Assembly: GCA_965242865.1 (NCBI GenBank)
Contig: CBDETK010000013.1
Location: 4,352,001 to 4,416,000 of the forward strand
DNA length: 64,000 nt
Reading direction: 5' to 3'
Origin: Candidatus Latescibacterota bacterium
Lineage (GTDB): Bacteria > Latescibacterota > UBA2968 > UBA8231
Positions within the stretch are counted from its first letter, which is position 1, and the number at the start of each line of letters is the position of its first letter. This document shows, piece after piece, positions 9,226 to 19,081 of this stretch. The translations under genes and the position numbers were made by a program. The notes below the pieces were generated by a model, which saw only the letters and a list, made by a program, of their open reading frames with translations, did no database searches and was not told where the DNA came from.

Positions 9226-12200
9226 AAGCTCCGTCCAAAGCTGAAGTGGAACTTGAAGTCCGAGAAGTTGCCCTGCATGTCCATCTGCCGGGCGAATTCA
9301 AAGTTCATCGGCAACAGGAAGTACACCAAGAGGCCGAAGCCGACGCTGGCGTGTATCTGCTGCGGGGAGGATGTAGGGTCGGTGGGAGCGGCGTGTGGAT
9401 CGCGGAAGGGCCACAGGTCGATTGCGTCGTCTTTGTTCCAAGCCATGCCCATATCGACAAACAGGCTGCCGTCCACCGCTGGAATCAGGAAGGTGCCGGG
9501 CCAGCCAAAGAGGATGCCGCGCACAAAGGGCACGCGCAGCTCGACATTGGTCAGCAAGACCCGGCTGCCGGTGAAGGCCGAGAACGGATAGCCGCGCAAG
9601 GGGCCGGTGTTGAGATTGAAGCCCGTGTAAAAGGGCAAGTACCAAATCGGCCCCCCTAAGTTGTATTGGAGGGCGTTGCGGCCCAAAGACCCCACGCCAT
9701 AAGCCCGCAGCCCCAGCACGGACCAACGCCCCAACCGCAAGTAATGGCGATAATCCAATTCGAGGTGCGAGAAAGAGCGCGAGGCCGAGCCGAGGTCGAG
9801 CGTCCGCCCCACCGAGAGGAAGTAGCGTTTGCCAGCCGTGGCCCCCAAGAGACCGTAGGTAATGGAGTCGTGGACGTAGGCGGTCTTGAACAGATGCGTG
9901 CTGGTAACAGAAGTGGAATCGGCTTCGTAGAAGGGACTGACCTGTTCTTCTTGCTCGCCGACGTACGTATAGCTCAGGTCGAGGCGGCGATAGAGATCGA
10001 GCGGGTAGCTGGCGTTGGCCAAGGCGCCGCGCTGCTGGAGACGGCTAATGCCCCGAGAGGGGGAGCGGCCTTGAACGATAAAGTTGCGGTTGTTGATGAA
10101 GTACTGGTTCCAATTGAAAATGGATGCGCGGTACGTGGGCCGCTTGCCGTAGTATTTGTAGTTGGCGGCAAAGTTGAAGTCGTTGCTGATGTCTTGGGCC
10201 GCCACGTAATCTGTGGCCAAGACCAGCGAGTGATTGCCCAAAAGATCGCTCATGCCGAGCTGGGCAATCGACGATAGAAACCCATCAAAATAGCCCATCT
10301 GCAAGGAGATGCCGTCAAATTCGAGCTTGGGGGTGTAGCGGCGTCGGCGCAGCTCCAATTCGCCGTCGGGGTCGAGCGGGACGGTCGCTTGTGGCTCTGG
10401 GGCTTCGGCCGGCGGCAGCGAGCCGCTGGCCCCGGCTAGGAGCACGGCATCGCCCGAAAGCGCCCGATCCTTCAGGGCCGAGACCTGCCCTAAGCCGGGG
10501 ACGCCGCCTTGGTCGGAGAGCGCGGCGTCGCCCTGTACCACGGGCCTCGGCGGCGGCTCTGGGGCGGGCGGCGCGGATTCAGCCTCGGCGGCGCGGGCCA
10601 GCAGGTGGGCGTCTTGGCGCTTGACCTCGGGCCATTCGGGCATGGCCATCCGGTAGAGATGGCTGCGGCCCTTGAAGTACGTGTTGAACACGATCTGCCG
10701 GCCGTCGGGCGAAAGGGCGGGATTCATAATGCCGCTGAGGCTGCGGGTTAGGCGAAATTCGCGGCCCTCGTCGAGGTGATAGACGAAGAGATCGTTGATT
10801 TTGTCGCGGGTGGAGACGAAGAGCAGCTTGTTGCCTTCGGGCAGCCACTGCGGCCACAGATCGTCGGTGGGGCTGGCTATGGCTGGGCGCGCCGCGTCCT
10901 CGGTTAGATCGTAAATTTTGATGTCGAACTGGTTGCGGTACTTGATGCTAAAGGCGATGCGCTGGCCGTCGGGCGACCAACTCGGGTGGTCTTCGCGCTC
11001 GGGCGTCCCGGTGAGCTGACGCCGCTCGCCGGTCTGCACGTCCATGAGGTAGAGATCGCTCTGGCCCTGTCCGGTGCCGATAAAGGCGAGTTGGCGACTG
11101 TCCGGCGACCAAGTTAGGCTCTCGACGAGATCCATATCGGGCATAGTCAGGGTCTGCACGAGCTCCTTGTCGTAGAGATCCCACAGCAGGATGCGGTCGC
11201 GAGGGCCTTCTTTGGCGACAAAGGCGATGGTCTGGCCGTCCTGTGCCCAAGCCACGGTGCCGCTGCCGATGCTGAGGTGATCGTAGTTGGCGGCGCGCAT
11301 GCTTGCGGTGACGCGCTCGACGAGCGAGGCGTCGCGCAGGCGGATGATATCTACGTGCTGCTCGATCCCGTCGGAGGAATGGACGGCGAGCATGTCGCCG
11401 CTGAGCGACCAGCAGGCGTTGGAGAAGCTGTGGGTATCGTCGTCGTCGCCTATTTTCTCGGCAAATTCAGAGGTGTAGTCGCGCGTCTGCAAGAGGGGCC
11501 AGTAGGTTTTGCGCATCTGGGCCGACCAGCGCTCGTCGAGGGTTTTCAAGTCCATGCCTATCAGGCGATCCATGAGCTTGTCGGTGTTGTGCTGGCTGTC
11601 CCACAGGCGGAGGATGCGGCTGATTTTTTCGGGGCCGTAGTGCTGGGCAATGTATTCCATGAGCGCGTGGCTCTGCTTGTACGCGAGGAACACGTTGCCT
11701 TGGCCCCAAGCCTGATTCATGGTTTCGAGGGGAATGAGGCCATCGGTGAGCACGGCGTCGCGGAGGACCATTTCATCGACCGTGTTGCGCCCCGGGGTGG
11801 TGTATTCGGCCATGCCCTCCATGAGCCAAGTGGGCGGCTGGGCAATTGGGCTGGTGATGCGGCGAATGGGGCCTTTGTGAACGATGTCGTACTGGAAGAT
11901 GTGGGTCAGCTCGTGGACGAGGACATTGCGGAATTCGTCGAGATCGCCGGCAAAGGGGACGACCATGCGGAAGCGTAGCGGCTCGGCAAAGCCGGCCACG
12001 CCGGGCGGCAGAAAGTCGGGGAAGATGTTGGTCTGCTGGAACTGGTAGTGCGACTGATAGATGACGACCGGCGGCCGGTGCGAAAGCTCGTGGTGTAGGA
12101 TTTGACTGATGTGATCGTACCCCTCTTCGAGGTACTCGATGGCCTGTACGGCCAGATTCTGGAATTCAGGCTCAAAGTGCAGCTCTATGTGCTCGCTTTC

Positions 12201-12365
12201 GAGTATCTCCCATTGGAAGTCCCGGTAGCGGACCTTGTTTTTACCGAACCCCTGCTGCAACTGCGAGGTGAGGATGTCTTGGGCGTCGAGGTCGGCGACG
12301 CCCCAAGCGAGCAGGGCGACGCCGGCGGCGAGGCTGCGGAATCTCGTGATAGCCTGCACGTTCAC
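9222..12365 (-). CDS. Zinc metallopeptidase-like + TolB/PD40 beta-propeller + Omp85 (BamA/TamA-type) barrel protein
   Basis: HELTH and WLMEGMAEY zinc motifs; WSPDG repeats; LRGY...NVELRVP...FVDMG barrel motifs; terminal F. Confidence 0.85.
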   Translation of the reverse strand: MNVQAITRFRSLAAGVALLAWGVADLDAQDILTSQLQQGFGKNKVRYRDFQWEILESEHIELHFEPEFQNLAVQAIEYLEEGYDHISQILHHELSHRPPVVIYQSHYQFQQTNIFPDFLPPGVAGFAEPLRFRMVVPFAGDLDEFRNVLVHELTHIFQYDIVHKGPIRRITSPIAQPPTWLMEGMAEYTTPGRNTVDEMVLRDAVLTDGLIPLETMNQAWGQGNVFLAYKQSHALMEYIAQHYGPEKISRILRLWDSQHNTDKLMDRLIGMDLKTLDERWSAQMRKTYWPLLQTRDYTSEFAEKIGDDDDTHSFSNACWSLSGDMLAVHSSDGIEQHVDIIRLRDASLVERVTASMRAANYDHLSIGSGTVAWAQDGQTIAFVAKEGPRDRILLWDLYDKELVQTLTMPDMDLVESLTWSPDSRQLAFIGTGQGQSDLYLMDVQTGERRQLTGTPEREDHPSWSPDGQRIAFSIKYRNQFDIKIYDLTEDAARPAIASPTDDLWPQWLPEGNKLLFVSTRDKINDLFVYHLDEGREFRLTRSLSGIMNPALSPDGRQIVFNTYFKGRSHLYRMAMPEWPEVKRQDAHLLARAAEAESAPPAPEPPPRPVVQGDAALSDQGGVPGLGQVSALKDRALSGDAVLLAGASGSLPPAEAPEPQATVPLDPDGELELRRRRYTPKLEFDGISLQMGYFDGFLSSIAQLGMSDLLGNHSLVLATDYVAAQDISNDFNFAANYKYYGKRPTYRASIFNWNQYFINNRNFIVQGRSPSRGISRLQQRGALANASYPLDLYRRLDLSYTYVGEQEEQVSPFYEADSTSVTSTHLFKTAYVHDSITYGLLGATAGKRYFLSVGRTLDLGSASRSFSHLELDYRHYLRLGRWSVLGLRAYGVGSLGRNALQYNLGGPIWYLPFYTGFNLNTGPLRGYPFSAFTGSRVLLTNVELRVPFVRGILFGWPGTFLIPAVDGSLFVDMGMAWNKDDAIDLWPFRDPHAAPTDPTSSPQQIHASVGFGLLVYFLLPMNFEFARQMDMQGNFSDFKFHFSFGRSF

Positions 12366-12955
12366 TCTCCCGTGGATGTAGGTGAATGGTCCGGGCGTCT
12401 AGTCCGCGGCGGATCGCCCAACTTGAATATATCAAGTGAGCCTGTGGAGTCGTGGCTGGCCTGCTGGTATTGTTGCAAGTGGCGCAAGTTGGCGGCATAC
12501 GCGGCTTGGGCGGGATTGAGGGCCTGCGCCCGGCCGTAGAATTGAGCGGCTTTGTCGGTCATGCCGAGCCGCTCGTAGATGACTCCGAGGTTGTTGTGCA
12601 AGCTGGCCGACAAGCTGTCTTGGGCTAGGGCGCGTTCCAAGTGCGATTGGGCCTCGTTCCACATGGCGTTTTCAATGCACCAGAGCGCGTACTTGTTGAC
12701 TTGCTCAATGTCTTGCAACTGCTGGCGCGAGCGCTGGGGGCGATCGACGACGACGAGCGTCGGCATGGGTTGGACGGTGGCCGTGGTGTCGGCGGCTCGA
12801 GCGATGGGTTGGCCCGCTGGCGGCCGGCGCACCAGCTCCAGACAGCCGTGCAGATACAGCACACCCAAGCCAAAGGCCACGAGACGATAGGTATTTTTTG
12901 TGGAGCAATGCACGTGCAATTTTCCCAGCGCGAGGGGGTCGTCGCCTCGCGCCAT
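12362..12955 (-). CDS. TPR-containing (lipo)protein
   Basis: HNNLGVIYERLG...AAQFYGRAQALNP TPR; possible lipobox LHGC; start uncertain. Confidence 0.75.
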   Translation of the reverse strand: MARGDDPLALGKLHVHCSTKNTYRLVAFGLGVLYLHGCLELVRRPPAGQPIARAADTTATVQPMPTLVVVDRPQRSRQQLQDIEQVNKYALWCIENAMWNEAQSHLERALAQDSLSASLHNNLGVIYERLGMTDKAAQFYGRAQALNPAQAAYAANLRHLQQYQQASHDSTGSLDIFKLGDPPRTRRPDHSPTSTGE

Positions 12956-13014
12956 AAGGGTATCCTTACTTACAGACTAAGCAATCGCCGTTCTGTTTCC
13001 GGGTGCTGTTAAAC

Positions 13015-14346
13015 TTATCTGTTCGCCTTGGGGCCGTAAAGCCCATCGCCCCAGCGACGAGCCAGCGCAGTGCCGCATAAGAGCAAGTAAAAAGGCGCGT
13101 ATTGCGCCCACAACACCCACGGCTTTTCTCGCCACACCCCTTCGCTCCCATAGCCGATCTGCACCTCGTACGCGAGGAAGACCAAGCCGCTGAGGAGCAT
13201 CCAAGCGGGGCTGGGGAAAAAGGCGAGGAACGGAAGGACCCACAGCAAGTACCAGGGATGCACGGTCGGCGAGAGCAAGACGTACGCCCCGAGGGTTGCG
13301 AAGGCGGCTCGGTAGGGGTCGCGGTCGCGGATTTGGACGCCGAGCGCCACGAGTGCGAAAAGAGCGGTGCAGAGCCAGCGAGCGTCGGCTGCGGGTACGG
13401 CAACGCGAAAGAGCGAGTAGGCCGCCGCGTTGAAGTGCCAGTGTTGCACGTACGTCAGCAGGCCGGTCGCGAGCTTTTCCCCGGCGCTGGCAAACGGCCA
13501 AACGGCCAATAGCCCCAGCGTTGGAAACAGCAGCAGGGCACTCCGCTGGCGGAGGTCGAACCAATCCGCGCACGGGCGGCGCCAAAAAGTGGGCAACAGC
13601 GCGAGGGGCACGAGTTTGACCAGAAAGGCCCCGGCGAGGGCGCAAACGGCTGCGCCCCAGCGCTCGCTGTGGAGCGCGTACAGGGCTGCGAAGAGGAGCA
13701 AAACGCCCAGCGCGTCGAGGTGACCGCTGCCGGCGACCTCGACTAGGGGCAGGGGATTCCAAGCGTAGAGCACGACGCGACGCGGGTCTTGGCCGCGCCG
13801 GACGAGGCTGTGGGCCAAGAGCAGGCAAAGGCCCCAATCGCACAGCAGCAGGGCCAGTTTGAACGCGGCCGGCGTCGCGCTGAGCAGGCAAATGGCGCGA
13901 AAGAAGAGCTGGGCGAGCGGCGGGTAAATCGTGGGAATGGCGGCGTGGTTGACGCTGGGGTAGAGCGCGTCGCGCAGGTGCGCCACCTGCGGGGCCGAGG
14001 GCGCGTAGAGGTATGGGTTGATGCCGGCTAGCTGGACGCGGCCATCCCAGACGTAGCGGAAAACGTCGTCCGAAAGCGTCGCTGGGGTCCACCACAGCGT
14101 CAGGCGGAAGACTAGGGCGGCCCCGAGAATCAGGTGCGGTCGCCCGGGAGACGCGCCGCGCCGCAGGACGAGATGCGCCGCGAGCGCGTAGCAGAGAAAA
14201 GCGGGCAAGGCCCCGGCCCACAGCGCGTCGATTTGGTGCTGGAGATCGCCGCGGAAGACCCAGTAGCAGCAACAGACCTCTAGGCCACCGGCCAAGAAAA
14301 GCAGGCCGCGCGGCCCCTTATCGCTCGACGCGCCGGGCGCCGACAT
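13015..14346 (-). CDS. GT-C membrane glycosyltransferase (GT87-like)
   Basis: LSDDVFRYVWDG, NPY, TIYPP, YAWNPL, HPWY; multiple TM helices. Confidence 0.85.
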   Translation of the reverse strand: MSAPGASSDKGPRGLLFLAGGLEVCCCYWVFRGDLQHQIDALWAGALPAFLCYALAAHLVLRRGASPGRPHLILGAALVFRLTLWWTPATLSDDVFRYVWDGRVQLAGINPYLYAPSAPQVAHLRDALYPSVNHAAIPTIYPPLAQLFFRAICLLSATPAAFKLALLLCDWGLCLLLAHSLVRRGQDPRRVVLYAWNPLPLVEVAGSGHLDALGVLLLFAALYALHSERWGAAVCALAGAFLVKLVPLALLPTFWRRPCADWFDLRQRSALLLFPTLGLLAVWPFASAGEKLATGLLTYVQHWHFNAAAYSLFRVAVPAADARWLCTALFALVALGVQIRDRDPYRAAFATLGAYVLLSPTVHPWYLLWVLPFLAFFPSPAWMLLSGLVFLAYEVQIGYGSEGVWREKPWVLWAQYAPFYLLLCGTALARRWGDGLYGPKANR

Positions 14347-14827
14347 AGCGGACGCGGAAATAAGGATGGTCGAGCGAGGTAATGGTCGCGCCCGTGCTCA
14401 CGCCCACGTGGGCAAAGCGCCCCTTGCCGACGTAAATCCCCACGTGAGAAACGCCCCGCCCTGAGAAGGTGTTCTGAAAGAAAACCAGATCCCCCGGTTT
14501 GAGGTCTTGCCGTCGGCTGACGGAGCGGCCGACGCGGTATATCTGCCTAGAGGTGCGCGGCAATTCAATGCCATAAGTCTGGCGGAAAACCGCGCGGGTA
14601 AAGGCCGAGCAATCCATGCCTGCGCGGGTGGTGCCGCCCCACTTGTAGGGTACGCCGAGATACCCTTCGACGACGCGCACGAGGCGGCTGGGGCTGGCAC
14701 CGCGGCGTTCCTTGAGTTCGCGCACTACGCTATCCGAATCCGTGGCGTCGGCCGTGTACCGCGGCGCCGAGCGGACCGAGCAGCTACACACGGCGAGAAT
14801 GCACGAGAAGAGGAGGAGGGTCCACAT
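14318..14827 (-). CDS. NlpC/P60 (C40) peptidoglycan peptidase lipoprotein
   Basis: GVPYKWGG, DCSAF, LPRTS, GDLVFF, HVGIY. Confidence 0.93.
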   Translation of the reverse strand: MWTLLLFSCILAVCSCSVRSAPRYTADATDSDSVVRELKERRGASPSRLVRVVEGYLGVPYKWGGTTRAGMDCSAFTRAVFRQTYGIELPRTSRQIYRVGRSVSRRQDLKPGDLVFFQNTFSGRGVSHVGIYVGKGRFAHVGVSTGATITSLDHPYFRVRYVGARRVER

Positions 14828-14837
14828 CGGGGCTTGG

Positions 14838-15692
14838 TTAGCTCGGATAGGAGAAAAACCCCCGCCCCGTCTTGCGGCCCAACGCGCCTTGCGCGACCAA
14901 CTCGCGCAGGAGGGGGCAGGGGCGGTACTTGGAGCGGTCTAGACGCTGGGCCAGCGATTCGAGGATATCCAATGTTACGTCGAGGCCGACGTAGTCGGCC
15001 AAAGCTAGCGGCCCTAGGGGATGGCTCGCCCCCAGCACCATCACCCGGTCGATGTCTTCGGCGCTGGCCACGCCTTCGGCGAGGGCATAAATGGCCTCGT
15101 TGATCATGGGAAAGAGGATGCGGTTGACCGCAAAACCGGGGCGGTTGGCCACCGCGACCGGAGTTTTGCCTAGGTCGTGGGCCAAGGCCGTGACCGCGGC
15201 CACGGTCTCGTCCGAGGTCGCGGTGGCACGCACGACTTCTACTAGGGGCATGGTCGGCGGGGGGTTGAAGAAGTGCAGGCCAATTACCTTGTCGGGCCGG
15301 CCGGCCGCAGCCGCCAGCGCGTTGAGGTCGAGGCCGGAGGTGTTGCTGGCGAGAATGGCCTCTCGCTTGGCCAATTGCCCGAGTTGGGCAAAAACATCCC
15401 GCTTGAGTGCTAGACGCTCGGGCACCGCTTCGACGACTAGATCGGCGGCCCCGACCGCCGCGAGTTGGTCGATGCCTCGCAGCGTGGCGATGGCCGCTTC
15501 GCTGGCGGCCGGCGCGAGCCGACCTTTGGCCGCTTGTTGGCGCAGGCGACCGGCGATGCGGGCCAACCCCTGTTCGCAGGCGCGGGGGTCTGCGTCGTAG
15601 AGCAGAACCTCCCGGCGGGCTTGGGCCAAAACTTGGGCAATGCCGCGCCCCATAGTCCCGGCCCCAATGACGGCAATGCGTTTGAGATCCAT
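14838..15692 (-). CDS. hbd: 3-hydroxybutyryl-CoA / 3-hydroxyacyl-CoA dehydrogenase
   Basis: GAGTMG, VEAVPE, ASNTS, HFFNP, GPLALADYVGLD, GRKTGRGF. Confidence 0.9.
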   Translation of the reverse strand: MDLKRIAVIGAGTMGRGIAQVLAQARREVLLYDADPRACEQGLARIAGRLRQQAAKGRLAPAASEAAIATLRGIDQLAAVGAADLVVEAVPERLALKRDVFAQLGQLAKREAILASNTSGLDLNALAAAAGRPDKVIGLHFFNPPPTMPLVEVVRATATSDETVAAVTALAHDLGKTPVAVANRPGFAVNRILFPMINEAIYALAEGVASAEDIDRVMVLGASHPLGPLALADYVGLDVTLDILESLAQRLDRSKYRPCPLLRELVAQGALGRKTGRGFFSYPS

Positions 15693-15827
15693 AGAGTCTT
15701 TCAGAGGTGAGTTTTATCCGAACGTACCGATCGCAAGCGGCTTATACTATAATATAGCATTGCGGGAGCGAGGAGATCGCCTAGATTGATTGCCTCGCCG
15801 CTAAAAAAATAAAACAGGGGAGAAGCC

Positions 15828-17549
15828 ATGGCAGCCGATCGGGGAAAACTGAGGAGTGCCGACTGGTTTGGACGCGAGGACAAAGGGGGGTTCATTCACC
15901 GCAGTTGGATGAAGCGCGGCCTGCCCGAGCATGAATTCGACGGCCGGCCGGTCATCGGCATCTGCAACACGTGGTCCGAGCTGACGCCGTGCAATATCCA
16001 CTTCCGCGACTTGGCCGAAGCCGTCAAACGCGGTGTGCATGAAGCGGGGGGAGTGCCCGTAGAATTCCCGGTCACCTCGCTGGGCGAGCCTATCATGCGC
16101 CCGACGACCATGCTCTTCCGCAACTTGGCGAGCATGGACGTGGAGGAGTGCATTCGCGCCAACCCGGTGGACGGCGTGGTGCTCCTGACCGGGTGCGACA
16201 AGACCACGCCGGCGTGCTTGATGGGGGCGGCTAGCGTTGATTTGCCGACCCTTGTCGTGCCGGGGGGCCCCATGCTCAACGGCAAGTACCGCGGCCGCGA
16301 TATTGGCTCGGGAACGGACGTGTGGAAGTTCAGCGAAGACTTGCGGGCCGGCAAAATGACGCGCGAAGAATTTGGTTTGGCCGAGGACGGCATGACGCGC
16401 TCGGATGGGCACTGCATGACCATGGGCACGGCCTCGACGATGGCCTGTATGGTCGAGGCGCTCGGCATGACCCTGCCCGGGGGCGCGGCGATTCCGGCCC
16501 CGGACTCGCGGCGCAAGGTGCTGGCGCATTTAGCGGGGTCGCGCATCGTCGAGATGGTGCGCGAAGACCTCAAGATGTCCGCCATTCTCGGGCGTGCGGC
16601 CTTTGAGAACGCCATCAAGGTCAACGCGGCCATCGGCGGCTCGACCAACTGCGTCGTCCACTTGCTGGCCTTGGCCGGGCGCGTCGGCGTTGAGTTGTCC
16701 TTGGACGATTTTGACCGTCTCGGCAGCGAGTTGCCGCTCTTGGTCAATTTGATGCCGGCCGGCAAGTATCTGATGGAAGACTTCTATTACGCCGGTGGCT
16801 TGCCGGTGGTGATTCAGGAGCTGAAGGAGGTCCTGCAGTTGGACGCTTTGACGGCGACGGGCCAGTCGCTCGGGGAAAATGTCGCCGGGGCGGTCTGCTA
16901 CCTGCGCGACGTGATCGCGCCGCTAAGCGCGCCGCTGATCGAGGCCGCGGGCTTGGCCGTGCTGCGGGGCAACCTGTGCGAGGACGGGGCGATCATCAAG
17001 CCATCGGCCGCCGCGCCCGAGCTGATGCAGCACCGCGGCCGAGCGGTGGTTTTCAAGACGATTGAGGACTATCACCAACGGATCGACCGCCCCGATTTGG
17101 CCGTGGATGAGTCGAGCGTATTGGTCCTGCAAAACGTCGGGCCGGTCGGCTATCCGGGCATGGCCGAGGTGGGGAACATGGGATTGCCCAAGAAACTGCT
17201 CGAAAAGGGCGTCCGGGACATGGTGCGCATTTCCGATGGCCGCATGAGCGGCACGGCCTACGGCACCGTGATCCTGCACGTGGCCCCCGAAGCGGCCATT
17301 GGCGGCTCGCTGGCGCTGGTGCGCGACGGCGACCTGATCGAGCTCGATGTGGCGGGCCGACAGCTACACCTAGCCGTGTCCGACGAAGAACTAGAGCGTC
17401 GCCGCGCCGCTTGGCAGCCCCCCGCGCCCCACGACACCCGGGGCTACGTGAGCCTCTATACCAACCACGTGATGCAGGCCGACAAAGGAGTTGACTTTGA
17501 CTTTTTGGTCGGCAAGTCCAGTGCGGTTGTAACGCGCGAGGCCCATTAG
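15828..17549 (+). CDS. IlvD/Edd-family sugar-acid dehydratase (L-arabinonate/D-xylonate type)
   Basis: SELTPCN, CDKTTP, CMTMGTASTM, GGSTN, ISDGRMSGT, HVAPEAA. Confidence 0.9.
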   Translation: MAADRGKLRSADWFGREDKGGFIHRSWMKRGLPEHEFDGRPVIGICNTWSELTPCNIHFRDLAEAVKRGVHEAGGVPVEFPVTSLGEPIMRPTTMLFRNLASMDVEECIRANPVDGVVLLTGCDKTTPACLMGAASVDLPTLVVPGGPMLNGKYRGRDIGSGTDVWKFSEDLRAGKMTREEFGLAEDGMTRSDGHCMTMGTASTMACMVEALGMTLPGGAAIPAPDSRRKVLAHLAGSRIVEMVREDLKMSAILGRAAFENAIKVNAAIGGSTNCVVHLLALAGRVGVELSLDDFDRLGSELPLLVNLMPAGKYLMEDFYYAGGLPVVIQELKEVLQLDALTATGQSLGENVAGAVCYLRDVIAPLSAPLIEAAGLAVLRGNLCEDGAIIKPSAAAPELMQHRGRAVVFKTIEDYHQRIDRPDLAVDESSVLVLQNVGPVGYPGMAEVGNMGLPKKLLEKGVRDMVRISDGRMSGTAYGTVILHVAPEAAIGGSLALVRDGDLIELDVAGRQLHLAVSDEELERRRAAWQPPAPHDTRGYVSLYTNHVMQADKGVDFDFLVGKSSAVVTREAH

Positions 17550-17565
17550 CGAAAGGACTAGGACC

Positions 17566-18705
17566 GTGAAAATTGCCAAAATCGAACAGTTTTTCCCGCG
17601 CCGACGCATGCGCTTAGTCAAAATTACCACGGACAACGGGCTAGTCGGCTGGGGCGAGACCACGCTGGAGGGCAAGCCCAAGAGCACTTGGGCGGCGGTG
17701 GAGGAATTGGCCGAGTACTTCGTCGGCCAAGACCCGCTCCGCATTGAGCACCACTGGCAGCACGTGTATCGCTCGGCCTTTTTCCGCGGCGGCAATGTGC
17801 TGATGAGCGCGCTGTCGGGCATTGATCAGGCCCTGTGGGACATCGCCGGCAAGCACTACGATGTCCCCACCTACATGCTCTTGGGCGGGGCGGTGCGCGA
17901 CCGGATTCGCGTGTACGCGCACTGGGGGATCCACGGCCAGACCGACGCGGCCTTGGCCTCGGCGCGGGCGCGGCTCGACATGCTGTTGGCAAAAGGCTAC
18001 ACGGCCTTTAAGACGGGGCCGGGCGGTACGTGGCGCGCCCACGAGCCGCCGGCGCGCATCGACGCCTTTGTCAAAGACGCGTACACCATGCGCGAATGGG
18101 TCGGCGACCAAGTAGAGCTGTGCTTTGACTTCCACGGCAAGATGACGCCGGGGCTGGCCATTGAGGTGTGTGGCCAGCTCGCGGGGATGCGGCCGATGTT
18201 CGTGGAAGAGCCGATCCCGCAGGAGAATGTCGCTGCGCTCAAGGAGGTCTCGGACCACGTGCCCTTTCCCATTGCCACCGGAGAGCGCTTGCTCTCGCGC
18301 TGGGAGTTCCGGGAGATTTTTGAAAAGCAGGCTGTCGCTTACATTCAACCCGATGGCTCGCACGCCGGCGGGATCACCGAGCTGAAAAAGATCGCCAATA
18401 TGGCCGAGGTCTATTACATCCACATCATGCCGCACTGCGCCATCGGCCCGGTGGCCTTTTCCGCTTGTATGCAGGTCGATGCGGTGGTGCCCAATTTTCT
18501 CGTGCAGGAACAAGTGGACGAGGGGTTGGGCGAAGGGCTGCTCGTCGCGCCTTGGCAGGTGGTCGATGGCCACATTGAGCTGCCGACCCAGCCGGGGTTG
18601 GGGTTTGACCTGATCGAGGCCGAGGTGGAAAAGACGATAGAGTACGCAGAGGAATTGGGTGGTGAATACCGCTACGAAAACGACGGCAGCGTCGCCGATT
18701 GGTAG
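17566..18705 (+). CDS. dgoD: Galactonate dehydratase-like enolase-superfamily enzyme
   Basis: GWGE, SGIDQALWDI, DFHG, EEP, ATGER, QPD, PHC. Confidence 0.82.
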   Translation: MKIAKIEQFFPRRRMRLVKITTDNGLVGWGETTLEGKPKSTWAAVEELAEYFVGQDPLRIEHHWQHVYRSAFFRGGNVLMSALSGIDQALWDIAGKHYDVPTYMLLGGAVRDRIRVYAHWGIHGQTDAALASARARLDMLLAKGYTAFKTGPGGTWRAHEPPARIDAFVKDAYTMREWVGDQVELCFDFHGKMTPGLAIEVCGQLAGMRPMFVEEPIPQENVAALKEVSDHVPFPIATGERLLSRWEFREIFEKQAVAYIQPDGSHAGGITELKKIANMAEVYYIHIMPHCAIGPVAFSACMQVDAVVPNFLVQEQVDEGLGEGLLVAPWQVVDGHIELPTQPGLGFDLIEAEVEKTIEYAEELGGEYRYENDGSVADW

Positions 18706-19081
18706 CGTTGCCGAGCGCCGGCGGGCGTTTGAGAAGCTGGTGGAAAAGGCCCTCCACCGCCTGCCGGCCGAGTTCCGTGCGGTGCTGGACAACCTAGCCA
18801 TCGTCGTCGAGGACTGGCCCGACCCGGAGTTGGTTGAAGAGGTCACGGGCGACCGCGAGGAAGTGCTCTACGGGCTTTTCACCGGTACGCCCTTACCCGA
18901 GCGTCGCCTCGAAGACAGCGGCGACCTGCCGCCGGTGATCGCGCTCTATCAGGGGCCTTTGGAGGAGGACTTCCCCGATTGGGCCGAGCTGGCGCGGGAG
19001 GTGGAAACCACCTTGGTCCACGAGTTGGCGCACTTTATGGGCTTTGACGAAGACGCCGTGAGAAGGTACGGCTATGAATAG
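18659..19081 (+). CDS. Zincin-like metallopeptidase (DUF1025 type)
   Basis: LYGLFTG, TLVHELAHFMG; start codon uncertain. Confidence 0.82.
   Translation: MVNTATKTTAASPIGSVAERRRAFEKLVEKALHRLPAEFRAVLDNLAIVVEDWPDPELVEEVTGDREEVLYGLFTGTPLPERRLEDSGDLPPVIALYQGPLEEDFPDWAELAREVETTLVHELAHFMGFDEDAVRRYGYE

Noticed and set aside
17641-18846. 401-aa antisense ORF (and similar ones, e.g. 31355-32659, 12977-14272)
   Set aside because: Alternative-frame ORFs typical of high-GC DNA; no motifs, and they overlap well-supported genes
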